Notes: generated from the sequence alone by a model not told the origin. Shown: positions 37,850-50,419, counted from the whole stretch's first letter. The stretch: 63,177 bases of DNA, filler included, from Octopus bimaculoides (GCF_001194135.2; 5 parts of 4 records of this genome joined end to end with filler, not necessarily neighbours in it), one strand, 5' to 3'. A program made the numbers and translations.

Positions 37850-38644
37850 CGAGAGTTCTCAACCGTTTTCTTTTTTATCTGTGAACACCTTTCATTACTA
37901 TTTCATTCTGGTGGATCCCCATAGCCATTCAATGCTTAAAGACTAATTTTGTAGATAGTTTAGAAATAATACATTTCTAAATCTTTCAGAGAGATTTATG
38001 CAGTAGTGATACGATGAAGTAGTTGTATGCTGTCAACTTAATGTGACAGTCCCCTGAAGGGAATAATACTACTGTTGGTTAGACCTAGGAAGCTGCACCG
38101 CTTCCTGTTGGCCTTGACACATTTCCTGTGTCCTTATGTTTACAAGGGAGGTGGGGACATGCACCTCCACCCAGCTAAGCCTGCATCCAGAGATATGTTT
38201 CTGAGTCTTTGCATATTCTGATGACGAGCAAAGACTCAGAAACATGTCTCTGGATGCAGGATTAGCTGGGTGGAGGTGCTTGTCGCCTCATTGTAAACAT
38301 AAGGACACAGGAAATGTGTCAATGCCGACAGGAAGCGTATTATTCCCTTCAAGGGACTGTCACATTAAGTTGACAGTATACAACTACTTGTAGATAGTTC
38401 TTTTAGAATTCCTACTTTATTTTCCCCCCATTAACTTGTGTAGGTTGAACTATGTAAAATGTTTGAGAATAAATAAGCCTAGCTGTTTCTTGCAATACAT
38501 TCCAATACATACATCTAAAGCCAAATTTTTTCAGGGGCCCTTAAAATACTATTGTTGATTCCCGATTTACGATTTTGTCGTGTGCCCCCCCCCCAATCTT
38601 ATATGGACCCTCAGGGGCCATATAGAACCCGTTAAGAACCATTG
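37850..38644. mobile_element. hAT-type MITE interrupted by a foldback element
   Basis: 8-bp TSD ATCTAAAG (37842-37849, 38645-38652). Termini cgagagttctcaacc / ccgttaagaaccattg resemble CAGTGGTTCTCAACC. Confidence 0.8.
37961..38387. mobile_element. Palindromic (foldback) element with a hammerhead-like centre
   Basis: Inverted arms 38017-38212 and 38228-38389. Flanking 12-bp duplication TTGTAGATAGTT (37949-37960, 38388-38399). The left end recurs at about 53040-53100. Confidence 0.8.
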
Positions 38645-39457
38645 ATCTAAAGCAAAATCTTGGTTTACACTAGAAAGTACAGCTTAAAGAAGACAGTGCA
38701 TTTTAGCAGTGTTTTAATGAATATGTATTTGCAGTAAACACAACCCTTGATTGGGTAAGGAAAGACTAGACAAAGTTTAATATTGGGAGAATAGGAGTAT
38801 GTAGACGTATTAGTGTGTACCTAGGTGTGAGAAGATGGAAAGGTATAATGTGAGATATGAAAATTTAACGCTAAAGCAAAAATAAATGGATAAAAAATAT
38901 GTGAAAGAAACTGAGGCAGCAGTGAAGTAGTTAATGATGGACAGTGGAGTTCATGATGGTCACTTGAAGGCAAACAGCCGGAAAGCATGAAAGTAATAGG
39001 ATATTTAAAATAACCTAGTAGTAGTAGAAACGGAGACAGCTTGATACGTAATAAAGTCATTTGTAAATTTATTTATTTTATTCTCAACCCACTGACACAC
39101 ATCGTGTGCCAGTTTTGGTAAAAGCCATATCGAGTTGAGTTTTTTTAGGATCGTTTTTCGTGTACTTCCAGCCAAACGTTTTCAGCTGAAAATTTTTTTT
39201 TAAATGTTCTTTTGATATAGTTTTGCATGCTGATAACTTATATTGCATTCCTTATTTTGGAAAATTTATAATTAAGAAGTTAGAAGCATATAATTTTACA
39301 TATTTTTAACCAATGAATTTCAAGCCAGCGCCATTACAGCGGAACTCGAAGCTGTTTGCTGTCTTGGCAACTTCAGAGTACCGTTGCTTACTCATACGGA
39401 TACGGGTGAAAGAATTAGCAGCTACTTGATTTTATAATGAGGAATTACGGATTGGTA

Positions 39458-39870
39458 TCACTATCGCAGTAGACTATAAAAATCATTTACTGGAGATCTG
39501 CACGGAAGATTTACTCCGCAATCCAATGAAGATTGGCGATGGTCCAGAGAGAATTGTTGAAATAGATGAAACTGTATCTTCGAGGAGAAACTACAACAAC
39601 CGGGGGTTGGATGCAACCCGAATAGTGCGTTTTTGGTGGTTGAGTGTGTCACGAAACACAAGAAATTTTTTTTTCTCTTCGCTGTGCCCTCTTGAGATCG
39701 TGATACACTTGCAAATTGCACCCGACTATCAATTCTACCGAGAACGGCTATTTATAGTGACCTGTGGCGCACATACTCGCATATTCTTAAGATACCACGG
39801 TACCAATTTCAACATGGAACGGTGAAGTACAGCGTTGAGTTTGTAAATTCGCAAAACAGCGCTGTAGCTT
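39458..39870 (+). mobile_element. Merlin (IS1595/ISXO2-like) DDE transposase remnant
   Basis: IGDGPERIVEIDETVSSRRNYNNRG..., frameshifted FGG, then ILPRTAIYSDLWRTY and HGTVKYSVEFV. This matches the IGG.G.IVEIDE / IYSD.W.AY / H.TVNHS..FV motifs. Confidence 0.85.
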
Positions 39871-40699
39871 TAATCGTTCTACAATGAATTCGTATCTCAA
39901 CAAGTTAATGTGACGCCGCAGGCATGAAAAACATGTTTCAACAGCTATGGCCTTGCTTACCTCAATTTCGTTAATTTTATAACATTTGGTCTTATTGCTT
40001 TATTTCATTATTGTTTTCTCATCTTGACAGTCCATGTGTTTTTGTTTCATTTCGGCTGTTGTCTCCAGTGGCAGGTCGAAAATATTATTTCATCCTTGTT
40101 TTCTTTCAATTAAATTCTTTTATTTAAAAAAAAATTCCTTTTTTGTTCGTTTTGTTTTCTTTCATTTAATCCCTCCTTTCTTCCTTCCACCCCACCTCCT
40201 CCCTTCCACCTTCCGTCTCTCCTTCCTTCCGTCCATCCACCTCTCCCCATCACCCCCCTTTCACCTCTCCTTCCCCCCTCTCTCCATTCATCTTGTTCGG
40301 TCTCTTCCTCTTAATGGCTTCTCTTAAACGTCTTGTCTGTCTCAGTCCCGCTGGCTGTTCACTATAAAGCCATGTTTCAGAAAATCAAAGACAATGACGT
40401 CCATGGAACCCCACTCAATAGTCACATGACGTTCGGTACCGTCCGCTGACTCTTGAACTTTTTCGGCCGTAGAGAACAGATGTCAAAACAATCCATGAAT
40501 TAAATCTTCGTTTCCAGATCATAAGGATACGCACACATTTTAACTTGTTTCACCAGACAGGGAGGAAAATATAGAAAAACAAACCTGACTTCATTCGCTG
40601 CAAACACTTCCAGTAGGCCACAGCTGACCACTTTTCTTCTTTCGTTTTAATCGGGTGTCAACTGACGAGGTACCTATTTTTCATGCATTTCACCATACC

Positions 40700-41059
40700 C
40701 TAAGTTTGGTAAAAGCCATATTGAGTTTTATTTTAGGATCTTCTGTGATGCGCTGCGACTACTGTCTAAATGTCCAACAAGCACGCGTTGTGTGACTCGT
40801 TTGTTTGCGTAAAACATTTGATCTTCTCTCTGGCGATTCATATCACCGGACGCAGTTGATGGTCACCTATTTTGTGGTTTGTCTTCAAAATTGTTTCCCC
40901 TCTCTTTAAACGTCTTCATCTATCTATGCATACTGCTCTTATCAATGGTGTTAGTTCCGTAAACAACCTTCAACCTTCAATGAGTGTTGGCCTGTTTCCA
41001 CTCCACCTACAAGAATTCATTAAACGCAAGAATTCAATGACGGCATTTTGCTTCTGCAT
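40700..41059 (-). mobile_element. Mariner transposase N-terminal remnant
   Basis: MQKQNAVIEFL ... LKVVYGTNTIDKSSMHR*MKTFKERGNNFEDKPQNR*PST matches QR.VIEF / L..VYG...V.RW...FK.G...ED..RSGRP. Confidence 0.75.
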
Positions 41060-41215
41060 GGAACCCATTCTTTGTCTACTACGCAGAAGAATAGTAAGAA
41101 CAACTACCATAGGCGCTGGCGTTACTGTTTGGCAAGAAGTTTGCTTCCTAACAACATGGTTTCGAGTTCAGTCACATAGCGCGGATCAGACTGGCGGAAA
41201 CTGAAAGATGTCCAT

Positions 41216-41258
<43 letters not shown>

Positions 41259-41381
41259 AGTATAATAAGGAGAGGACAGATAAAAGTGTAGACGTTACTT
41301 TATTCCAAGTTGTTACCAATAAAAACTCTACAACTTGTTTCCAAGCCTAATTAACATATANNNNNNNNNNNNNNNNNNNNN

Positions 41382-41413
<32 letters not shown>

Positions 41414-41421
41414 TACATACA

Positions 41422-41474
<53 letters not shown>

Positions 41475-41475
41475 G

Positions 41476-41617
41476 TTTCTTTCTGTGTTCCTTTCAGTTG
41501 AAGAGCGTAGGCTCGAAACGTCAAAGACTTTCTCTATTCCCGAGGTTAAACTAATACATCCAATTGTTGTTTACACCACCTGTCTTCGTCTGTTGTTTTT
41601 TTCGTAAATTCTCCCAT
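41476..41617 (+). mobile_element. Short repeat with a degenerate hammerhead motif (Penelope pLTR-like)
   Basis: CTTT-CAGTTGA-A-GAGC(gtag)GCTC-GAAA-CGT-C-AAAG at 41491-41526. Confidence 0.5.
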
Positions 41618-41648
41618 ACATATATATATAACATTTAATGATTATGTG

Positions 41649-42245
41649 CATAATTATAACAAGGGATTAGTTATCCTCATCACCACGCACTGTAAAACTG
41701 TAAAAATAGACGCCACCTTAAAATCTCCGAGGACAACGCACTAAGGTGTAGGCAAGCGAACGAAAGATATTCAATCAAACTAACCACCTGGTAAAATCGT
41801 TAATGATTTTTTAACCTTTATTATAATTAATATTTGAAAAATTTATTCCATGATCGAAACTGTATTAATTGCAGACTAGTTCCTGACACACTAAACGTGT
41901 GTATAAAAGGAAGATGTGAATTCTACTTAGCAGTATATTTCTACGAGTATAGATGGATATTGATTATGTGACGTCGTTGCTCGCATGCATATTTTAAGAT
42001 ACTCGTAAATTTATGCTATGGAATAACGCTGCTGATGATAGCAGCAAGTAATATTTTATTTTTACTTTATGCTTGAAACAGGATCTCGTACACGGTTGAC
42101 CAAAAGTGTGATTCGTTATATTTCTTTTGCTTACCTACAACTTAGTGTGTTATTCTTGGAGATTTTAAGGTGGCAATAGTGTCTTCTGGCGTCTATTTTT
42201 ACAGTGCATGGTGAGGCGTATAGCCAATCCCTTGTTATAATTATG
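41649..42245. mobile_element. Element with long (about 125 bp) imperfect terminal inverted repeats
   Basis: cataattataacaagggatt...cactgtaaaa...gccaccttaaaatctcc...actaag.tgtagg.aagc at 41649-41770 is mirrored at 42118-42245. Confidence 0.7.
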
Positions 42246-42341
42246 TATATAATTATAAAATATTTTGTAAAATTTACCTATGAGGTTTTTATTTCTGCGC
42301 TGACCACCTGGTAAAATCATTAATAATTTTTACCCTTTATC

Positions 42342-42382
<41 letters not shown>

Positions 42383-42954
42383 NNNNNNNNNNNNNNNNNN
42401 NNNNNNNNNNNNNNNNNNNNNNNNNNNNNNNNNNNNNNNNNNNNNNNNNNNNNNNNNNNNNNNNNNNNNNNNNNNNNNNNNNNNNNNNNNNNNNNNNNNN
42501 NNNNNNNNNNNNNNNNNNNNNNNNNNNNNNNNNNNNNNNNNNNNNNNNNNNNNNNNNNNNNNNNNNNNNNNNNNNNNNNNNNNNNNNNNNNNNNNNNNNN
42601 NNNNNNNNNNNNNNNNNNNNNNNNNNNNNNNNNNNNNNNNNNNNNNNNNNNNNNNNNNNNNNNGGGGTGGTGGAAAAGGTGTGAAATCCTTGGCACAGTT
42701 AGGTATATTTGAAAAAGGAAAAGAATGAATTCACTGGTAGTTCGAGTCAATTTAATTTTCTAATGATATAATGTAATTTTACAGTTTGGTTTGTAGATCT
42801 AGTAAGTTCTTTGTTAACTTCGGTGAGGAGACTTTTTAAACATTCCTTGTTAACCTTTCTGGAGAACTTTCTGGCATTTGTCTGTGGTCGTTGTCAAACT
42901 GATCTTAGGTTTTGTTGTGCTGTGTGATTTTATGTATAAGAGATTTTGTGTATG

Positions 42955-43150
42955 TCTGGTGTATGTCTGTTTGACAACCGGTGCTGGTGTGTTACAACTA
43001 TGCAACTAAGCAGTTCGGTAAAAGCAGCCCACATAATAAGTATCAAGCTTAGAAACATAGATGCCAGAATCGATTCGTTCGACTAAAAACTCTTCAAGGC
43101 GTTGCTCCAGCATGGCCGCAGAATCATGACTGAAACAAGTACAACACAAA
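42955..43150 (+). mobile_element. SINE family A, 3' half
   Basis: gtttgacaaccggtgctggtgtg...gctccagcatggccgcagaatcatgactgaaacaagta. Confidence 0.8.
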
Positions 43151-43762
43151 AGACAGAAGGAAAGTTCCTGAACCAATCTATGCAATTTCAACAACCTGTG
43201 TCCGCCATTAAAACAAGTTATGCCCACATTTGCGTTGCATTTAGTAAAACTTTCATATTGCAGACGCTGAACCGTCTCTTGTAATTTTAACTATTTTCTA
43301 TTTGAATGGCAACAATTAACTCTAAAATATTCCAAAACTTAAGTAAGGCATCATGGAAAACCATCAATTTGATTACGTTGAAATCGTTTTGCAAAGAACA
43401 ATGCCATAAATTCATTTCTCGTCATGGTTTTATATATCGCTAAATGTTCTAGACTAATTCTAGGTGACGTAGTTTGACATTATGGCAGGATCAATTAAAC
43501 ATATAATATATCTGAATGGAACGTAAACAGTGTGGCGCCTCTTGTGGCTGTTGTTAATAATTCATAGGCGAGGTAAAAAGTAATTATTTTCCTCATTGCG
43601 TTATACAACAACATGAAGTTATATCGAAAGTTTAATTTCCACAGATAAAATGAACATATGTATATACATCTATATATATACATATATAGACGCACATACA
43701 CACATACATACACACAAACATACACGCAACCATACATGTATAGACATCTAACTATTTATCGC

Positions 43763-43808
<46 letters not shown>

Positions 43809-44234
43809 CATGTGCGTATGTATATGAGTATGTATGTCTCTCTCTCTCCTTCTCTCTCTCTCTCTCTCTCTTAGATCTCCTGCTCTCTTTGCCCGTCTCT
43901 ATACATCGTATAGCGTACAGGAGCTATAGAGATAGAATAGGGTATGCCAACGCTAGGCCGAAACAGCTGTAAGATTTTGTCCCTTCTCCAATTGCTAAAT
44001 GTCCTTTAAATTTGAAATCTTAATTTTTGATATGACATGGTATGTCATAAGTGTCTGTATATTGTGTTTCTTGTCAATNNNNNNNNNNNNNNNNNNNNNN
44101 NNNNNNNNNNNNNNNNNNNNNNNNNNNNNNNNNNNNNNNNNNNNNNNNNNNNNNNNNNNNNNNNNNNNNNNNNNNNNNNNNNNNNNNNNNNNNNNNNNNN
44201 NNNNNNNNNNNNNNNNNNNNNNNNNNNNNNNNNN

Positions 44235-44279
<45 letters not shown>

Positions 44280-44849
44280 GTGTGTGTGTATACATATATA
44301 TATATATATACATATACAAACATACATACACATATATACACATATGTTAGAAGCATCTGTGTATATGAATGAAGTTACATTTGTCTTTTAGAAGCGTCGA
44401 GTATGTATCGTACGATACAGAGAAGAAAGTGATATTTCAAATGAAGTATAGCCGTTAAAGCAGCAGAAATATTTGGTATTATCATCCTTACAAGTCAGAA
44501 AAGCGTTGTCAACAAACAGCCATGGGAGACGTCGAGGGTTCTTGGTTTTGGGTAGAAGAAAATACAGAAGCATCAGTTAATTATGATTTTATTCAACATA
44601 TTCCCCTCTCAGGTTCATGCACTTACTGCAGCTGTCCTCCAGTTTTCTAAGCCCTGTAAAAGAACTCGGAAGTTTTGGGCCTGCAACGAGGCCTTTCTCG
44701 AGACCCTTAAAACTAGGAACCTTTTGGCACTCCCACGTATATAAGGCACATAATTTCCGATAAAATGTTTGCTATAATTCACAATAAAAAATTACGTAAA
44801 GTAACAGAACGAGGTTACTTACTGTTTCCTGTTTTCCTATTATATGGTC

Positions 44850-45231
44850 GTGGAGGCGCAATGGCCCAGTGGTTAGGGCAGCGGACTCGCGGTCATAGGA
44901 TCGCGCTTTCGATTCCCAGACCGGGCTTTGTGAGTGTTTATTGAGCGAAAACACCTAAAGCTACACGAGGCTCCGGCAGGGGATGGTGGCGAACCCTGCT
45001 GTACTCTTCCACCACAACTTTCTCTCAGTCTTACTTCCTGTTTCTGTTGTGCCTGTAATTCAAAGGGTCAGCCTTGTCACACTGTGTCACGCTGAATATC
45101 ACCGAGAACTACGTTAAGGGTACACGTGTCTGTGGAGTGCTCAGTCACTTTCACGTTAATTTCACGAGCAGGCTGTTCCCCGATCGGATCAACTGGAACC
45201 CACGAAGTCGTAAGCGACGGAGTGCCAACAA
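44850..45231 (+). mobile_element. SINE family C, full length, tRNA-derived
   Basis: A box TGGCCCAGTGG, B-box-like TTTCGATTCC. The body matches the minus copy at 49263-49633 and the 3' fragment at about 57630-57705. Confidence 0.9.
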
Positions 45232-46177
45232 TTATATGGTCAGTCGTAACGGCTCTCGCTGCCCCAGGGACGTTCTGATGTGTGAACCATATTTTTAAGT
45301 ACCAGGGATCAATTCATTCGACTAAAATTTCTCCAAGATGGTGCCCCAGCATGACCGCAGTCTAATGACTGAAACGAGGAAAAGCACAAAAATAAAAGGC
45401 AAACAAACAAACAAAAGTTTTATTAGAGACATCGCAACACTTCCGCGTGGGTTCCATTGGTTGCACGCAATACCTCTAGACGCCACAATACCATAAATCG
45501 TCGAAGTTATATAAATGATTCACGAACGGCTAGTAATTCTTCAATAATCATATTTTAGATACATCAATTTGGTATCATATTCTGGCGCCGCCAAGAAGCA
45601 ATGAATATTTGTAGATCTGTTATGAATTGTGGAATTAAGTTAAGCTCTTTACATTAATCCCACCCTTCCCAGACTATTCCACTGTATTTTCTCGTCTATT
45701 GATGTAATCTGAATTGTATTTGAGGCGTAGAAACGTGACCTGGTAGTGGCTTGCTGATATTTACCATTAGTACTTAGATTCGGTGTATCAAGAGTTTACT
45801 CAAGTAAATCAAACCGAGGACTTATTTTCTAAGTCCGGTACTTAATCTATCGGTCTCTTTTGCCGGGCAGCAGTTATTAGGACGTAATCAAACCAACACC
45901 AGTGGAGACACACACATACAGAAATACACACACACACTAACACACACATACACTAACACACACACACACACATACACACACATACTAAACACACTCACAC
46001 ACACACACACAAGCAAGCACACACGCGCAAAAGTAGAAGACTCCTGTTCATGTTACTGTACAGTGAGACTGAACCTGCAAACATGTGGTTGCAATGAGAG
46101 CTGCTTACGCAGACGCGCTTGCGCCTGTAATAGGCTTACATTTAGAAGCCTCATGAGTCCTATGACTCATAAGGCGA

Positions 46178-46400
46178 GAGCTTTAACCCTGTTTCCATGT
46201 TACTTAGAACTGAGTCTGTCACGACTCCTCAAACCCATAACCCGGTGCTTAACCCCTTTTCCACATTACTTAGACTTAGGTTTGTCATGACCCCCAGGAA
46301 TCATAAAACCGGAGCTTAACCCCTTTTCCATGTTACTTAGACTCGGGTTTGTCATGACTCACCCTACTTAGATTCGTTTTCATCATGGCTCCTAGATATT
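46178..46400. repeat. Degenerate tandem repeat, about 66-bp unit, 3 to 3.5 copies
   Basis: gcttaacccc.tttcca..ttacttaga....gg..tgtca.gac recurs at about 46180, 46246 and 46313. Confidence 0.75.
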
Positions 46401-46439
46401 ATATGGTTGAAGCTTTGCCCTGTCTCCGCGGCCTATAAG

Positions 46440-46760
46440 TGACTGACGTTACAACACTAACCCCACTGAGCGGGATGCTTTTTCGCCGCAGGGTTAACTT
46501 CCCATCTATCATTGGAACCCATTTACATCTGAGTGGAACGGGCAAAGTGAAGCCGAGTGCTTTGCTTAAGAACACAGTGCACCGCTCAGTCCAGGAATCG
46601 AAGTCACGAGTTTACAATCGCGAGCTCAACAGCCTAAACACAGTCATGCGCCTTCGCGTCGTCATGTTCAAATAAACGCTCCACCCTCTCCAGGAATCGA
46701 AAACACGATCTCATGATCGTGAGTGCAACATTATTACCAATAGGCCATGCACCTCTTCTT
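46440..46760 (-). mobile_element. SINE family D with a duplicated head fragment
   Basis: tttgcttaagaacacag...ccaggaatcgaa occurs at about 46590 and again at about 46690. Confidence 0.7.
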
Positions 46761-47474
46761 CCCATTTGACAGATCAAAGAAATAAAAAAGAAACAAACGT
46801 AAAATTTACCTCGGTTTTGTTTTTTTACCTCTAGTTTTTATTTGGAGGTGGTGGGTAACAGTTACTCAAAGTTTAATGCAGGAAAGCCTGATTAATAAAT
46901 CTCGGAACATCGGATTAGTTTCAAGATGCTTCTAAAGAATAAACGAATTACTTTAGTGAACAAATAAAATAAAACAACACAAGAACACCGTAACCATATC
47001 TATAAACAAATGTTTGTAGTTTATATATTACAACAAAGAATTAAATAAACATTCCCCCACCTCAAAACACAAGCCAAAACACGCTTTCGTCTGTGAAAAA
47101 CATAAAAATAACACCTATTTTCTTCTCAGTTGACTACAAATGATTGATGTAAAACTTGTTAATTTCATAAGATAAAAGTTGATGCAGCTAACATTTGATG
47201 CAGCTGCAATATGTAGACTTTATAACTACATTATAATTTATATTACGAAAATTATCGAGAAACAAAATTTTTACTTGAAATAAGAAATGTGTTTTTTACA
47301 GAATACGAAATACGAAGCAAGAAGAGATTCTTTAGCTTATCGGTTCACTGTATTTGTCGTTATTCAGCCGATGCTAGAGTGTGTTTAAATGTGTTGGTCA
47401 TATAAGTTCTTAGAATACAGGGTGCTCATAAATTACATTTACAATTTGAAATATTCAAGAAAAAATAAGGTTCA

Positions 47475-47887
47475 GCGCCGGCGTGGCTGTGTGGTAAGTA
47501 GCTTGCTTACCAACCACATGGTTCCGGGTTCAGTCCCACTGCATGGCACCTTGGGCAAGTGTTTTCTACTATAGCCTCGGACCGACCAAAGTCTTATGAG
47601 TGATTTCACTGGCCGAAACTAAAAGAAGCCCGTCGTATATATGGATATATCTATGTGTGTAGTGTGTCTTTGCGCCTGTGTTTGCCTCCTCCTGTCACTG
47701 CTTGATAACCGTAGCTGGCGCGTTTACGTCGCCGTTGCTTAGTGGTTTAGCAAAAGAGATCGATAGAATAATTATTAGGCTTAAAAATTAAATCCTGAGG
47801 TCGATTTGCTGGACTAAAAACCCTTCAATGTGATGCTCCAGCATGGTCGCAGTCAAATGACTCAAACAAGTAAAAGAATAAAAGAAT
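47475..47887 (+). mobile_element. SINE family A, full-length reference copy (tRNA head, CORE-like segment, internal microsatellite, tail)
   Basis: A box TGGCTGTGTGG, B box GGTTCAGTCC, CORE-like ggcaccttgggcaagtgtttt, short tandem tail aaaagaataaaagaata. Confidence 0.9.
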
Positions 47888-48044
47888 AACCCAGGAAAGT
47901 TTTATTAGAAAGATCAGAAAACTTCTTCGTGGGCTCCGTTGGCTGCACGTAACCTATTGAGTTATCATGTTTTGTTTCAGAGTTTTTCAAATTGTAAAGA
48001 TAATTTATGAACACCGTATGTGAGAACATCCGGGGATATTGATT

Positions 48045-48245
48045 ACAAATTTTGGCAAGAGGCCAGCAATTTCGGGAGAGGGGGGTAAGTCGATTACATT
48101 GATCCCGGTACTCATTTTATCGACCCCGAAAAGATGAAAGGCCAAATCGATCTCAGCGAAATTTGAACTCTGAACATAAAGACGAACAAAATGCCGCGAA
48201 GTATTTCGCCCGGAGTTCTAGCGATTCTTACAGCTTGCCGCCTTA
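48045..48245 (-). mobile_element. SINE family B
   Basis: caaattttggcaagaggccagcaatttcggg...atcgaccccgaaaagatgaaagg...gcttgccgcc. Confidence 0.85.
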
Positions 48246-49262
48246 AGAACATATTAAGCCAAATGTCCTGTCGTTATTGACATCACAGCCCGCTTCGTTT
48301 TCCGCGTTTTAGTGTACTCTGGTCATTTGGTGATCCCTTAACCCTGTATAAATTTCTATTGCATAAAATAATTTGTAGCAACCCCGTGGATATATGAAAT
48401 CGTATGATTGGTATATTTGTAGATAATTCAGTTGCAATGTATAAATATCGAAAATATTATCTACTAACGGGATCCGTGAAAAATAAACCTATTGAGTTAT
48501 TTCTGAAAACTTTATCCAAAACGCCTGAAAGTGTAGCCTGTGTTGCGTCTATATCTGAAGATAGTCGCTCGTCTGCTACTCATTGAAAAGTGAAAGAAAG
48601 TAGAATACGATGATTACTAAATGCACTTTATTTAAACACTTTATATACTTTATGTACGAGTTTATAGATTTAATACACAGCACTCATAAAGTATATATTC
48701 ACTCATAGTTTTCCATTTTCCCCATAAACAGAAACGATTACAATTTAAAATTTACATGGTCACAATTTTATATCAAGAAAACAAAACTTGTATAGTAAAA
48801 AACAAATGATTTTATATGTAAAATATAGGGGTCACAATTTCACGGGCGTAAACATTTAATGCAGCATAGCATACTCTGAAAACCACATCATTTGTAACTT
48901 ATAAACCAAGGCGATGGGTCAGAGCCAATACACATTTCAATCTGCATGCACCTTTCAATCCCACACTTCATTGCAGACTACGTTCTTCGTGTAAGCTCTC
49001 CTTCTTCTTTTCCCTTGTTTGTAACTGTTGATAGCTTTAAGATCAGAGAATTTGCGAGCCCCTTGAGAATGCAACATATAGCTGACCATGGACGAATTAT
49101 GTTATGGTCCCTACATTCTTTCACTTTACCTCTCTGCTCATTAAGTGACAAACCAAATATATAATATATTCTTATATTGTCTAATCTGTGTTGCACTATT
49201 TCTGTTACGTCATTCATCATGTTATTTATCTGTATGCATTGGACTGTTTCAATGCATATAGA

Positions 49263-49633
49263 TTTACGACGGTGAGTGTTCAAGTTGATCCGATCAACGG
49301 AACGGCCGGCTCGTGAAATTAACGTGCAAGTGGCTGAGCACTCCACACAAACATGTGTACCCTTAACGCAGTTCTCGGGGGAGATTGAGCGTGACACAGA
49401 GTGTGACAAGGCTGGCCCTTTGAAATACAGGCACAACAGAAACAGGAAGAAAGAGTGCGATGAAGATGTGGTGAAAGACTACAGCAGGGTTCGCTACCAC
49501 CCCCTGCCGGAGTCTTGTGGAGCTTTAGGTGCTTTCGCTCAATAAACACTCACAACACCCGATCTGGGAATCGAAACCGCGATCCTACGACCGCGAGTCC
49601 GCTACCCTAACCACTGAGCCATTGCGTTTCCAC
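49263..49633 (-). mobile_element. SINE family C, full length
   Basis: Reverse complement of 44850-45231 (about 85% by eye). Confidence 0.9.
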
Positions 49634-50419
49634 GTACGAAATATAGTAATTACACAATATATGCTGCAGCACTGGGATGTTAATTTACTTACTGAAATAT
49701 GACGGCTCACCCTTCCGATATTCTGAGAGTCGTATTTCACAAACTACACGTATAGATCTATGCGTTGCTAATTTTTCTGTCTGTTTCTTCATTTACCATT
49801 TTCAGACCAACCGGAAGCAAATCAATTCTATAAATGTTTCCTCAGCGCAGCGTAGCAAACGAGCTTCTTAATCGTACACTACTGAATTTCTCGCATAATA
49901 GTAAACTTAAATTTGCAATCCGGTAATGATAAAGAGTAGTTACAATGAAAATGTTCTGTGTTTCTATTCAATTCATTTACAGGCCATTGAATCTTGTTAA
50001 ATTTCTTCTAACCACTTACAGTAAATTCAAAATTTCACCAGAAAATTACAGTTTTAAATGCTTGTAACTATTTTTATTATAAATTTCAAGCAAAAACAAA
50101 TAACAAATAAATATGATTTACATCATTAGTAAGCAAAATTTGAGAAAAAACTGAAATAAGTACTTCAAGTGGCTGGAGAAAATTTACTGGCCATTTAGAA
50201 CTTGTCTATAAAAAGCAGACGATTGTTCGGCTGAGGTCGATACCAAAATAAACTCATTAGGTTTATTATAAGGAATAGAAAGGAATAGTTTGTAACACAT
50301 AGTCATTCATTATCAAATATGTTAAAGTAAAAAATACTTCCGCTAATATACAGACATAGGTGATGACATACATATATTTATACAGTCCTGCGTACATACA
50401 TACATAACTATAATAATAT

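Noticed and set aside
43940-43975. GCC(aacgcta)GGC-C-GAAACAGCTGT-A, hammerhead-like 3' half
   Set aside because: There is no CUGANGA upstream and no stem I.
44850-44925. tRNA-like sequence (also at 47475, 49560 and 53480)
   Set aside because: A/B boxes are present, but there is no proper cloverleaf or anticodon arm, and each continues into a multi-copy SINE body.
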